DNA of 64,000 nucleotides from Monocercomonoides exilis PA203 (GCA_001643675.2 LSRY02000049.1:310001-374000), one strand, 5' to 3'. Shown: positions 11,416-25,168, counted from the stretch's first letter. Notes: generated by a model from the sequence alone, not told the origin. Translations and numbers: made by a program.

Positions 11416-13029
11416 TTAGCGAGATGATGTGCCAAATTTGTCGTACCAAGAGTCATCAACCACATTTGTATACAGCTCTTCTTGAGCTTTCTTCCTCCTT
11501 CTCGCCTCTTCTGCAGCTCGCTTATTCTCTTCCAAAAGCTGCCGTTCCATTTCTTTCTTCTCTCTTTCCGTTCTACGCTCATGTGCAGCCAAAGTCCTTG
11601 CAATAACTTCTGCTTCGTGTTCTTCTGCTTTTCGTTGTGCTTCTTCGGCTTCCTTTCGCAGCTGTTTTTATTGAAGTTCAAACGAAAGAGCAATAAAATG
11701 TAATAATGATAATGATAATAATAATAATAGCAGAGGTTCGCAAATATTCAATGAAAAAAAATGAGAAACAAAAAAGGTGATACACAAAAAAAGTCTACTT
11801 CATTTTTCTTTTCCAAATCTTGTTCAAACCTTTGCTTCCTCAACTTGATTCTTTTGGATGGCTTTGATTTCTTCGACTTGATCCGGAAGAAGGCCCTTGA
11901 AATGATCGGGGCGGAATCTACGAGGATTTTCAGCGGATAATGCCATCGTCATATCCTCATTCATTTCTCTCGACTTCAGCTCTCTTTCAATCTCATCCAT
12001 CTCTTGCAGCATTTCTTGATGCTTCTGCTCGTTTGCTCTTTTCTTTTTCTCTTCAGCCTGTAGACGTTTTGTTTGCAGAAATAAAATGTCATGAACATTC
12101 AATTGTCCATGTTCAAACATTGTTTGTTGAATATATGTAACAAGTTCATAAATACAAAAAACATTCATTCTCAAACCATTCTTTTGTTTTCTTCCCAAAT
12201 TCCATGAAGCATTTCTTTTCTGGCAAATTGCTCTTCTGCATCTAACTCTCTTAAACGCCTATCAACTTCTTCTTTTTTCATTTGTTCCAATCTAATTAAA
12301 ATAATATCAAAAGATGCAAAAAGCAATCAACGCAATAAATAATGTTTTTAAACAATTTTAATAAACCTTTCCAAAGCTTCTTCATATTTTTTGCGATTTG
12401 CCTTTTCTTCCATTTGAGCAAGAGCCCATTCCCTTTGTTGTTCTCTTTGTCTTTTTTCCCTTTCATCATGCTCAAGATCTTCCCCTTCCATTTTTTGCAA
12501 GCCAGATACAGACAGTCTAGGATCATCATCGCCAACCTGAAAATAATTAATGTTCATTTTTTAAAAACAAATGAAGGACAAAATATTTTTTTGAAAAAAT
12601 AAATTGAATTGTTTTTTGATTGAACAAATTTTTTAAAACAAAATTTGAAACCCTTGCAGGCAGTGACATTGCAGCTTCTGCTTCTGGGCTGAGGTCGTAT
12701 TCTCTTCTTGTAGTTTTCTGTTGTTGAGTTTTATAAAAATTCAGAAGTTCTGCTCTTGCCTCCTCTCTTTCACGTTGAACTTGTGCTTCCATCTCCATAA
12801 GCTTTTTATCTGCTGCAAGCATTTCAGCTTCCAATGCAAGTTCTCGTGCCTTTTCATCTTCAATCCGTTTTTTCTTTTCTTCAATCTGTTTTTGTAAACC
12901 CTCATAATCCTGCCCAATAGTCCTCCATTTTACATCGAATATTCTCTTTTTCCTTTCTTCTTCTTGCCTTCTTCGACGCTCAACATCGCGAGCAATCTTA
13001 TCTTCCTTCAATTCCGTGACAGGCAACAT
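11416..13029 (-). CDS. RIB43A: RIB43A-domain axonemal microtubule inner protein (RIBC family), multi-exon
   Basis: RIFDVKWRTIGQD..GLQKQIEEKK, RREYDLS, PAR|VGDDDPRLSVSGLQKMEGED, RFRPDHFKGL, and C-terminal WYDKFGTSSR*. Confidence 0.88.
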
Positions 13030-13088
13030 TATTTTAAACGGTTGTGATATTTGATCGTACTACCCATTCACTTTTCTGTCAATAAAAA

Positions 13089-13723
13089 ATGAGTGTTTGA
13101 TTCCTCTTCATTTTTGGCAATGTTTATTAAGATTTATTTGCTTGCTTCTAGTTCGAAACAGTAGCACCTTTAAGTGAGACAAAATATTTGTTTAAACTTC
13201 CAACTCGCGATGTTGTTTTCTCCGAGGAAATATCAGAGGGTTGCAGTTCTCCAAAGGAATTACAACTTCCTCGAGTTGTACCCGTTGGAGAAACAAAAGT
13301 CATTGGGGTCATTCCAGCACTTGAAGATTTTCAAAAAAAGGCACCAGCAGCAAAAGTTGAATTTTTAAAGAAACGAGAAGCTGCTCCTTCCTTTGGAGTA
13401 ATGCACCAACAGGTGTTGCAACAAGAGCAAAAATTGATGGAAAGATTTTCTGCTCCAGAACTTAAACTCACTTCAGATTTTGTTATTTCAATGTGCGAAA
13501 AATCACATAAAATGTCACATTTCTCTGCTAATCCTTCAATTGAGACATATCTTGACAACGATGATGAAATTACATGGGCAGATATATATGATGGTTTGTT
13601 TATTTTCATTTTTTGAATTAATTTTAATCTTGCAATTTAATAAAAGAACCATGCATTGTTGGGCCGAAGATCGTTAATCCAAGGAAAATTTTTGAAAAGA
13701 CTATGCTTGACGACGATGTTTAA
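13089..13723 (+). CDS. UMP1: Proteasome maturation factor UMP1/POMP-like (3 exons)
   Basis: The C-terminal half FSAPELKL...SANPSIETYLDNDDEITWADIYD|EP...NPRKIFEK resembles the UMP1 core (SSNLSLD.L.G.DETI.FEDI). Proposed exon 1 is ATGAGT|GTTTGA. Stop TAA at 13721-13723. Confidence 0.65.
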
Positions 13724-14579
13724 TTTATCAGAGCATTTCATTCTCTTCTTGTTTTTTTAAAAATTTTACAGTTGTGAAAAGAAAAATCAGATTTAATCAA
13801 ATTGGATATGATTTTTTATTGATTTTCACACAAGAGAAAAGAAAAGCAGATCAAAATACAAACATTTGGTGCAGAGTTCTTGCATTAATGGGAAAAACAA
13901 AGATTTGACCCAATAATTTTTTGTAATTAGATAATTATAAATCTTGCATTCTCATACAAAAAATTTAAGAAAAATACAACAATTTCGAATAAAATAAAAA
14001 AAAATTGTGTGGAGCATAATTCAAAAAGCAATAAATTAAGTCCATTTAGGTATTCTTTTAATTTTTATTTTTGTCGATTGAAAACTTCAAGTTAGATGCT
14101 ACTATTATTGGTTTTTGTGAATTGAAAAAAAAAAAAAAATTTGAATTTTTACGTTAACAAGAATCAGTTGCATTATGCTGACTGAAGCTATAAAAATCAT
14201 AAAAATATATAACTTAAACATGCATACATTAAATTTTTAAAAAATCAAACATATATAAATCAAAAGTTGTTGGGAAATTAGCAAAGCAAACACAAAGAAT
14301 ATGATATCACATTTGTAATAAATATTTACAAAACGTTAAAAAATAAACTAAATACTTATGGAAAATCACTCTGTACTCGAATGTTAAAATGAATAATTCA
14401 AAAAAGTTATAAAAATAAACAAATATAAATATAACTCAGCTCTGACAAATGGAAAGCAAACTGAATAGGTTAAAAAAATGTAGCTAAAAAAATTCGAAAA
14501 AATATTTTAAAGCAAAATGGATCAAAGAGGCTTTTGTGTATTATGAAACATCATATATCATGCACCGTATATTCCTTTA

Positions 14580-17500
14580 CTAATTTGATCCAGAGCAAGA
14601 TGCAAGGAGTCGAAGCTCAGAAACATTCACATTCGAATCTTCATCGTAGGTGATTGCATCCGAAACCGTGAATATCACAGCTCCAGCCGGAAAATGCTGG
14701 AAAAACTCCCGCTTCATCCCAATCAGCGTCGGCCTGGCTTTCTTGTCCTCTGAAAGCGCTGCCAGGATCACTTCGTCATACGACGAGCTCGCCTTCGAGC
14801 AGTTCGGCCTCTCCCCATTCAGAATCTTCTGCCCCGCCACCACTGCCTCATACTCCCCAAACGGGATCTTCAGCGTCACACACTCCCACAGCATCATCCC
14901 AATCGAAAACACAACTGCCTTCTTTTTTGCTCCCATCTTCTTGTTTACCATCAGCTCAGGCGCCTTCCACCTCAGGCACTCCATTTTGAAATCATCCTCA
15001 TCCTCAAATGCCGATGAGGGCAGAGAGTCTCTGTCATCATCATCATCATCACTTGTTGATGTGACAACAGTTGACGAAGAGATGGAGGATGAATTTGAGT
15101 CTGAAGAAGAGCAGTCGGAGTGGAGAGCAATGCAGATGACCATGTGCTCTGAGAACAGCACGATGTGCGGACTCAGATTGTCCAAGGACTGAAGTGGATT
15201 TTCCATTTCGTCAAATGAATGAAGAGCACCATTCGCCACCCAGAATAACACCTGTGCAGCTGTCTGCTCCCTCTCCTTCAATGATCCAATTGCCATTTCT
15301 TTCTTCTCATTCTTTCCATGAAGCAGCATAAACAATGAATCCCTCAGATCCACAATCAGCTTCTCATGGGGAGACGAGCAGGCCATTGCATCCACCAGAT
15401 TCGACATTGATGATGTGGTTGGACATAGATCCTCCCCTCGAACAAAAGTTGAATCAGAATCGGTCGTATCTGTGGATGAAGTGGATGAGATGGATGGTGA
15501 TGATGTTCGCTTTCTCGAAACATCATCTTCTTCTTCCTCATCAACCTTCTCCAGCATCCATTGAGGGATCTTGTCTGAATCTCTTCCCAGAATGTATTCA
15601 GTAGAGCCACTCTCACTCAATAGGTGCTCTGATGATTCTGAATGCTGCAGACTTTTCGCATACACCCTTTTCTTGATCCTCTCTTCGTTCTTCTTCTCTT
15701 CCTCTTTCTCTGCTCTCCTCCACTGCTCTTCTGGTGACATCTCCATCGTCACCATCTCAAATGCCTTCGGATCTTTTCTGATGTTATCATTCACTATTTC
15801 TCTCAGATCTTTGTTCTCATCCTTTGCCTTTTTCCATCGTATTGTTATGAGAATGGACACAACAAGAACTATCAAGAACAAAACAATCAAAATAATAATA
15901 ACTATAAGAGACCAGGACTTATCATCTTTATTTCCTTGTAAAATCTTTTCATCTCCACCTGAATTTTGATCAGTCTTGTTCTTGATAGCAAAAGCGGCTG
16001 TTGAGAATGCAACATTCTGATATCCACAAAGAATCGCAACCAGCACTTCTGTTTCGTCAGAGGCCGATGCAACTGCAGACAGCGGCACTTCCCCAACAAC
16101 TGCGGCCTCAGACAAATACCCTTCCGACCTGAACTCGTATTTGTCGATCACATCCACATCCCCAACCCTCGATGTCATCTGGAAGGACAGGTTGCACGGC
16201 AGAAGAAGAGCGCCCTTGAAAGTCAGCTTCACTTCGCCTCCTGACTCTTCTGCCAAAACCGAGTGCAACTCTGGAATAAAGAACGGAGACTGCCTTTCTG
16301 CTGCAATTCCCGAAAGCTCGCACCCTTCGCTCAGAATCCACATCGATGTGCCTGGGAGCCACCCATCCCCGCCCTTCAAGCTCGCAATCTCCACCACCCC
16401 CGATTCTCCACACATCATGTTTCTTCGCACTGACGAGTAATTGCGGATCATCGGGTTGTTCCCGCTGAACTTGCCTTCTGCCACTGAAATGTTCGCTCGA
16501 AGCACCGAAACACCCCCGCTTGGCGAGTTCGATATTGTCGAGTCGCTCATGGTGGCTCTGCTGTCTTCGAAGCTCATCAGCGACCCGTTCCATCTGCACA
16601 CCTCGCACCCCCCATCCCTTCCCTGCGCCTCTGCTTTGCATTCCTCTCGCACGCCTCCTCCTCCTCCTCCTCCGCTGCCTTCGACCAAGCAGTTCTTCAT
16701 CCAAACCTCTTCGCATCCTGTGAACGATGCAGCACTTCCAAGCCCAGCAGCACCCGAAGAGCACCCAGAAACTGTGCAGTTGGTCATCTCCAGCCGACAC
16801 CCCTTTGAGCGGCACTCGAAGCACGATGGAGAGTCCAATGAAGTGATGTTCGCCAGTTCAACAAGCGCAAATCCAAATTCTGATGTTGATGAAGATGCGC
16901 TGTTTTCTTTCGCACGAGCTGCAGAGGCATCGTTGCCCATCTCAAACAAGCTCCCGCTCTCCACAATGCTGTTCGAGGCACCCAGCTTTTCAGCTGACCC
17001 GCTTGCCCCCTTCAGCATGAATGCGCTCTTGGCTGTGCTGACTCTTTCCACCTCAACCCCCCGCACCAGCAGCCTTCCCTCTTCCCACCCCATGATTCTC
17101 GTGCAGTGCAAGTCCCTCACTTTCGTCTCTTCCACAGACACCTCGCTCCCACACCCGCAAATGAGCACAGGCGACTCTGAAGCACTCCCTGCCTCGCCAC
17201 AGAACTCGCACAGCACAAACGAGCTGCGCCCCGACACAGCCCTGAACAGCACCCCATGCTGCCAGCTGCAATCAGCAGGCACAACAAAGCACAGCCCTTC
17301 AAACGCGGTGTTGCTGCCAACACTCACAATCCACTCGCGCGTCTTGCTCTGCACTGCCCTGAACGCCACCTTCGCCTTCTCCCGCGAAATCGACTTCATC
17401 TCCATCCCCCCAATCTCGCACTCCCTCTCGATCTCGCTCTCCTCATCCACCAGCAGCCTCGACCCAAAGTCCATGATCACATGCTCCAGCCCGCACCCCA

Positions 17501-20500
17501 CAGACACACACGGCTCCTCCACCTTCCCGCACTGCCTCCCCTTCGTCCCGTTCTTCTCCTCCGCCGACGACACAACGATCGTGCTCTGCTGGTAGATCGT
17601 CACATACTCAATCAGATCCACCGGCACATAGTTCTCCTCATCGATCCCGTAGATCGCATCAAACCGGTTGTACACCTCCGGCCGCAGATCCAGCACAAAC
17701 TGCGTCTCGTTGATCTGCTCTGCAATCCGCCTGCACTCCACAAATATGTCGCGCCCCTTCCACCCCCCGTTCCCTCTGAACAGGCACCCCTTGAACACAA
17801 AGTCCAGCGCCCCCTGCCCCACCGCCTTCAGATACACCCCGCCTCCCCTCCCAGCTGTGGGAGAGCACCCACAGTTCGTGATTTCGCTGTTGTTCATCTC
17901 GTACCGGCCGCTCGCCCCCAGCACATACGCCATCACCCCTCCTGCCTCTGACATCTCCGACCGGCACACATCAAATACACTGCTGTTGATCTTCATCGCC
18001 AGCACGCTTGCCGATGTGTCTGTGAACACACTCGACCCGTTGTTCGACGATGTCACTCGCCGGAACGAACTCCCGTTTATCACCACACTCGGCATTTCGT
18101 TTCCCCTTGCACCTTCCCTTTCCCCAGCTCCATCCGCATAGCTCACAATCCCCCCGTTCGCTGTCACATTCGCCAGATCCACCCCTTCCATCGCACAGCT
18201 GCACCCGCCCCACACCTCCACCAGCCCCCTTTCGAAGTTCAGCCCTGCCGCCCCGAAGTCAGTCAGCACCAGCGCCCCGCCATGCACAGCAACAAACTTC
18301 ACGTCTGAGAAGTGCGCTGAGCTGCTTGCTGCCAACGAGCATCCTGCAACACCCAGCAACCCACTGTGGCTCCAAATCACAACCCCCGACGCATCCTCCA
18401 GCGTTCCATCCAGGAACAGATCAACCCCTGTGAACGAGAGGCTCCACCAATTCGCAAACAGCCCCTCGCTCAATCCTGCACCCCCAGGCTTCTGCAGAAC
18501 AAGCAACGCTCTTGCTGCTTCTCCTGACCCTGAAGGCGCTGCTCCAACCGAGCAGTTCGACAGATCCCATGCATCTACCACTCCCAAAGAGCCGGAAAGA
18601 TGCACTTTCTTTGCCTCTGCATGCTCCTCCAGATGGCTCAGCCCCTTCCACAATGTTTGGCACGGATCCTCCTCTGACCCACACCGCATCACATCGCTTC
18701 CTGCACTCGAAACAAAAATCGTGCTCGACAACAGCCCAACCAGGAAGCGGAACAGGTCTGTGTCCTCAAACTGGCTGTCTGTACCAGCAAACACATTCCC
18801 ATCGCTGCTCAGCCCCGAATAGTCAAACTCGAATGCTGCGCCTGTGATAGTCGTGTTCAGCGCCTTTGCCTTGACAAAAAGACTCTTCCCAACAAAGGCC
18901 TTGTTGTTGCCGAACGTCGCATCCTTGAACTTCAGCGGCTGGGCTGCATCAGTCAGCGCACAGTCGACAAACAGGAACCCTCCTCTCCCCGACACTTCTG
19001 AGCACTTGCACGAGTCCATCACACACCCCTCCACAAGCAGCGCCTGCCCTGCTGACAGATGGCATGCCACACACCCGCCTTCCACGCTGCTCGCTGCTTC
19101 CACTCCCCTGAACTGGCAGCGGGTGGCCGAAAACCCTGAAGCAATCGCCAGCGGAACTGCTCCAAACATCTGCGGCTCAAACGAACACAAGCTCATCCAA
19201 ACTGTCCCTCCATTCGAATGGATCAGATAATACGCGCACTCTGCATTCACAGAAGAAGAAGAAGAAGAAGAATGAGAAGGAGAAGAAGAAACAAAAGAGA
19301 AGGAACAGTCGGAGAGAGTCAGCCCCTCTTCTTGTGAAGAGGCAGACAGAAGCAGCCCAGCTTGCCCAGAAGTGAACAAAAGAGGCAGAGAAAATCCAAT
19401 CCGCTCAAGCCTCAGATTCCCCTTGTTCAGCAAGACAGCCTCAGACACCCCACCCAAAATGGCTGCGCAAACACCAACCGTGCATTTGCTCGCTTCGTCT
19501 GCAGATGCCACAGAAAAGGATGTCAGCTCGTGCCAATGGTCAACCAACGCTTCCGACTTGATTGTCAGGCTCTTGTGCACAGCATCAGCCTGGATGTTCC
19601 TCAGCCCTCTCCACAGCGAACAGCACGGGTAGCTCTCACTTCCGCACCCAACCATGTCATATCCGCTTGGAGAGACAGCAATCGCAGGCGCCTCATACTG
19701 CACCAGAAACAGATACAGATCCTGTGCAGCCTCTCTGAAGTGGTTCCGGTCGCACCCCATCATGTCTGCTGTCCTCCCCCCCTCGGCTGTTGTCAGCGCC
19801 ATTGCAAACTTCGACACATCCACAGTGGCATTCAGGCTGTCGCACACAATGAATACATCCTGCCCGAACGCTGCCTCATTCCCTCCAAATCTTGTGTTCT
19901 CAAACAGATAGTCGCTGCCTGATCCTTCGCAGAAGCAAAGATACACCCCGCCACCTTTCCCGCCTGCTGCCCTTGTCCCGCTATTTCTGATGGTGCTGTT
20001 CGCAACTATTACTTTCCCTCCTGCAGTCAGGCAACACCTCAGAAACCCTCCTTCCCCTGCCTCTGTCTTGCATTCCTCAACCACACTGCTCCCTCTCACT
20101 TCCACCTTCTCACAATCCGTAATGTTCACAAGAGGCTCATTCCCTTCCATCCGCGTCCATTCTCCCTCCTCAACCACCAAGCTCCCTCCCCTCATCCACA
20201 CAATCCCCCCTCCCCCCGAAAACGAGAGATCCAACATCCTCGTTTTTGTCATCTGCACCGCTCCCTCGCTCCCCTTCACAATCCACATGTCTGTGGCGCT
20301 CCTTCCTGCCCAGCTTCCTCCAAATGCACACTCGTCCACAAACAGCTTTCCCCCTTCGATGCGTATCATCTGCCCAACTGAAGACACTCCTGGCAGGCCG
20401 AACTGCAGATGCTCCAGCATCAGCGATACTGAACTATCCCTCATCACCAGCACAAATCCCCCGTTTCTTCCCACCTCAAACAACGACCCACCCGCCGAAG

Positions 20501-23500
20501 ACTCTCCCCGGATCGTGACTGACTGCCCGTTCCGATCCAGCAACGCATTCAATGTGCACGAGTCAACAATGTGAACTGTCGTCTGATCTGTCCGCATCTT
20601 CCCAAACCCAAACATCAGATCCCCACATGGTTCCACATCATCTCCACACATCAAGTCGCTGCTCCCACCACTCTTCACGTACACAATGTTGATTTTCGGA
20701 GGGAACAGATAGTGCAGCACAGAAACATTGATCCCTGGCTCCACCTCCCTGTCCACCACCCATTTGTTCTCCTCCTCCTCCTCCTTCCTCGCAGACCCTT
20801 CCCACCGCTGGCTCGTGATCATGTCTCGCGGGTTCTTGCACACCAGATACACATCCCTCCCCACCTCCGCCTTGTTCCCCCCAAACACAACCTGCTTCAT
20901 CGAGTATTCTACCCCGCTCTCCCCCAGCCTCAGATACATGCCCCCGCCTGCTCCCCCGCTTTCGTCCACACTGCACCCCTTCACTGTGTTGTTCCCAAAT
21001 GCCAGTGTTCCGCTATTCTCCACCTCCATCCACACCCCGCCTCCCTCCATCCTCCCTGCCTCTCTGCAAACACACCCCTCAAACGTGGTGTTCTGCACGC
21101 TTGTCGCTTTCCCTCCTCCTGCTCTCCCCAAAACCGCTCCTCCACTCCCCTTCTGCCTCTCGATCCTCGCCAGCGTCGTGCTCCTCACACTCAGCGTTGC
21201 TCCCCCCAACACCTCAATCACACTGCTTGCCTCTTCGCTCGTTCCGTCAACCACTGAGTTGCTTATCTCCAGCGAAGCACCCTCTGACACCTTCACCACA
21301 GAATTCGTCCACTCCATCGTGATGTCTGTCCAGTTCAGCTCCTCGCAAATGCAGCTCGATCCGCTCCCTCTTATCTCAAATGCTGCCCGCGTGCTGAACG
21401 TCAGCCCGTTCAGCTCCAGCTTCTGCATCTTCAGACACCCTTTCACCACCACAGCCAGCGCCATTCCAAATGTGCCTCCCTCTGTCCCAAATCCACACTC
21501 TGAAAGCACCAGCTCCATGTCGTTGCATCGAAGCACAGATTCTATGTGCACATTCATCCTCTGTGGCACCACGAAGCACATCCCACAGAACGAACAGTCT
21601 TTGCTCGAACAAATGATGCTCTCCCCTGCACCCCCGATGTCTTCGCTTATCCTCACTTGCATCCCCGCCTGCTCTGCCGAAAAGGCAATTGGCTGCTCAT
21701 CAATCGCAAGCACATGGTCAATCACAAACGATCCTGCCAGGCACACTTCCCCTGCTCCGCTCCCAAACCGAAGCGCAAGCACATACTCGATGGTGGAGCA
21801 GGGGGTGCTCGGGTGTCCACATCCAGTGAAATTGTGGCCTCCTGCCCCTGCCACATGCCCAGGCGGTGTGAACGTGCGGAGATACGAAACCAGCGGAATC
21901 ACAAACCCCTCATTCGTTGTTGACCCCTCATACCCTTCTGCCAGCCCTGCCTCCACTGCCCCATCCTCAAGCTCAATCAGGTCTTTCCGCACAATCCCTG
22001 AGAGATCGTCTCCCCTCACAAATATGTTCGATCCATGCACTCCCACACACCCCGAGAACACTGCTCCGCGGATTTCAACATCCGGCACAGCCCGTTCCTC
22101 AGCCTCCAAATACACACCCCCGCCAAGCCCGCCTGATCCTCCCCCCTGCCTGCGAGGTGCAGCCTGCAAACGAACTTCCACTTCCCTCGTCCCTTGTTCG
22201 CACCATCCGCAACGAAGACCCTCCCTGCATCCTCACCGCAACCCCACCCCCATTCCCACTCCTCGAGCTGCACCCGCTCACCTCCCCTCCTTCAATCTCC
22301 ACCCTTTTCCCTGTCCCAACCACCCCTTCAATCCCTCCCCCGCTTCCACTTTGCCTTCCTGCACCACACACACTCGTGTTCACCACACTCACCATGCACT
22401 CCGAAGAAAACCTGATCGCTGCTTTCGAGCTCAGCCACAAAGGCCCCATTCTCGTCCTTTCGATGCGTGTGCTCCCACCCTCCAGCACAATCAGCGACTC
22501 CTCAAGCGCATGTTCTGCTGTGTTTGTCCCATCCACACAGATGCTGCATCCTTCCAGAACCAGCGTTCCTGTCGATGTCAGCCTGAAAAGCGAGCAGGCC
22601 TTCGACGATCTGGTTGTGTCGTGCAAAAAGTCAAACGAGGCGACTTTCAGCGATCCTGTTGAGACAGAAAACAGCGACCCCGAAGAAATGGACGAAGCAA
22701 CGGTCACTGTTCCGCCTCCTGTGTTTCCAAACTCGATCCTGGCCGAATCCACAGAATAGCTGCCTTCAACATATGTCGACGGATCAACCCAGATGGCAAT
22801 CGGCGTGCTTTTCGAAAGGTCGACCACGCTCTTCGTAAACGAGATCGTCTTGCACTTCCTCTCGTTCAGCCCGCATGCCTTGTGGTCAATCCCTTCCTCT
22901 CCATTCACTTTTATCTCCTCAAAGAACCCAGACACCATCCATCCGCTCACATCGCTTGAATCATTCACAATCCTCCAAGCTCTGGCTGTCATTGTTCGGC
23001 ATTCAACAAACGATTCATTTGTTATTATCTGCACCCATTTATCCAAAATGCAGATGTCATGGCCTCCGTTTTCTGCACTGTTGTTTTCAAAATAGCAATA
23101 TTTGATGAATGAAGGGAGAATCGTTAAATTTCCATTATCGTTTGAGAACAGTATTGCTCCCCCTTTTTGGTTTGACGAACACGATGAAAATGAGCAATCT
23201 GTTATCAAATTTGACCCTGCATCACCAAACCACAACGCCCCACCTCCATAATAATTAATGGTGGCTGAATCAGAACAATTTTGTAAAATACACGAAAATA
23301 GTTTAAGTTGGGACCCTCTATTAACATGTGCTGCTCCTCCATCACGACCTGCAGTGGAATTTTCAAAGATGCATTTTTCAACAGTTGCATTGTTTGATAA
23401 ATCAATGCCTATTGATCCTCCACATGAACTATACGAATTGTTCAAAAAATCGGTACAAGAGATCATTGAATGCTTTACTGAAAAGAAGCAAATTGCTCCA

Positions 23501-24465
23501 CACAAGCAATTCGTATAAGAGCATTCGGTAATTGTCACGTTTGTTGCATCTTTCACATAAAGTGCATAATTTCCACTTACAGTAAATAAGCAGTCTTCAA
23601 ATAGAATTGTTTCGTTTGTGGTAAAATTTTGTGGATCTGTGTAAGTGTGAGTATACGAGGCTGGGTAATAGTGGGAAAACGAACAGTTCTGTGCTGCAAA
23701 TCTCGAAAGCGAATGCAATCCATTTGTTATTCCTCCATCAAATGGTGCTGACACTTCTTCAAAAACACAACTCTGCATCATTGTCTGCACTGCTGTTGAA
23801 TAACTGGTGCTGGCAGGTTCGGTATTTGAAGTGACATTGCAGAAGCTGCACACGTCCAAAAATACACTTCGCATCATGCAGCTTCCCAGAAGAGGCGCTG
23901 TTGGTGAAAACGTGAAGGAAGAGAACGAACACTGGGATGCAAAAATGAAACTCTGAATGTCTGATGCCTCGCGAGCATGCGCGGATGCAACGAAGGTTGG
24001 GATGTGATTTGCGACTGGCGAGAGTGAAAGACTCATGTTCCACAGCAAGAACTCTCCACCAGCAGAGCAAAACAACGACTGTGCAGCAATTGCTGACGGC
24101 TCGATGATCGAAGAACAAACACGCAGAATAGAGTCTTGCAGCAGTGTTGCTATCCCTTCAGGTGCTGCTGCTCTCATAGTCAGATGCGCCAATTCCACGC
24201 TTGAATTCCTCATCTCGAAGGATGAAAGGAGCTTCGAATGCTCATTGGAATGGGAGCATTCGCACAATATTGGGGTTGTTGCTTTGTGCTTGCTCAAGCA
24301 ATAAAACATGCTCGGCCTTTCGCTTGCAACTGTTTTCTGCGGTGCTTCGCAGCTGCCGCATCCCAGTGGCCCGACTGATTTTCCCTGTGGAACCTCCAAC
24401 GCAGAATAAAAAGCCAGCAGCTGCACGACAAATGCAAAGCGAAGTGCCATTTTCGGTTGAAGCAT
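14580..24465 (-). CDS. Giant intronless type-I receptor-like protein (~3,290 aa if repaired): signal peptide, pectin-lyase/PMP-like beta-helix modules, TM, TKL-derived pseudokinase tail; single frameshift at ~22141-22146
   Basis: ORFs 22099-24465 and 14580-22181 join by deleting one base of a C6 run. Recurrent GG(A/G)(I/V)Y, FxxN.A..G.D and CGxxxxPC motifs. TM LIVIIILIVLFLIVLVVSILITI. Kinase C-lobe motifs LRWKAPEL, VFSIGMMLWEC..IPF, GERP and RPT. Confidence 0.85.
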
Positions 24466-25168
24466 CGCGCTTTGTATTTGATTGAAGTTTTTATGAAAAT
24501 ATTATGGTTATTGCAATATTTGAAATAATATTTTTTCTAATTTCACTTTTTAGAAGCGATTCTTTCGGAGGCTGATGTTCAGCTCTATTGAGAATATCAG
24601 TTCTTATGTATTCATTCGATTCATTAAAAACAAAAATTATTGTTTTGTGTGATGTAAGATTTAGATTTGTTGATTTCAATTTTTAAAAAGAAAATAAAAG
24701 TTTCTTCTAATTCTGAACGATATTATTTAACCTTTGATGAAATGTGAGAAAAAAATTGAAGCATCCGCATCAAGTTTTCCACTCATTTTTTCTGAAAAAA
24801 AAAAAAAGAGGAGGAAAGAGGTTTGGAAAAATACTAATAAGTATCATTACCTTCAATTTGCACTTCTCTTTCAAAATCTTCATTTTTATTGCTAATTTTC
24901 AGCTTTTTGTTCGATAATTTCTTAAAAACTTCAATATACGATTACATCATCAAATTAGAGGGGAAATGAAAAAGAACAAATAAAAAATCCCTGATTTATT
25001 TTTCATTAATTATTGGAAAATATAAGGTGAAAAAAACCTCAGACTAATTAACACAAAAAAGAATTAACTTTAAAAACATTGCTTACAGCCGTTCGCTATC
25101 ATTAACATCTACTCAATAAAATTTACTATTTAAGTATGACAGTGATGTGAGTCTCTCTATGATAATCG

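Noticed and set aside
13740-14579. A-run near 14126 as a retroposition poly(A) tail for the intronless receptor
   Set aside because: Wrong strand for a minus-strand gene, and no target-site duplication is evident.
20728-22662. 644-aa plus-strand ORF and other long antisense ORFs (e.g. 16441-17595) over the receptor gene
   Set aside because: Antisense shadows caused by GC-rich, G-biased codon usage; Pro/Ser-rich with no recognisable motifs.
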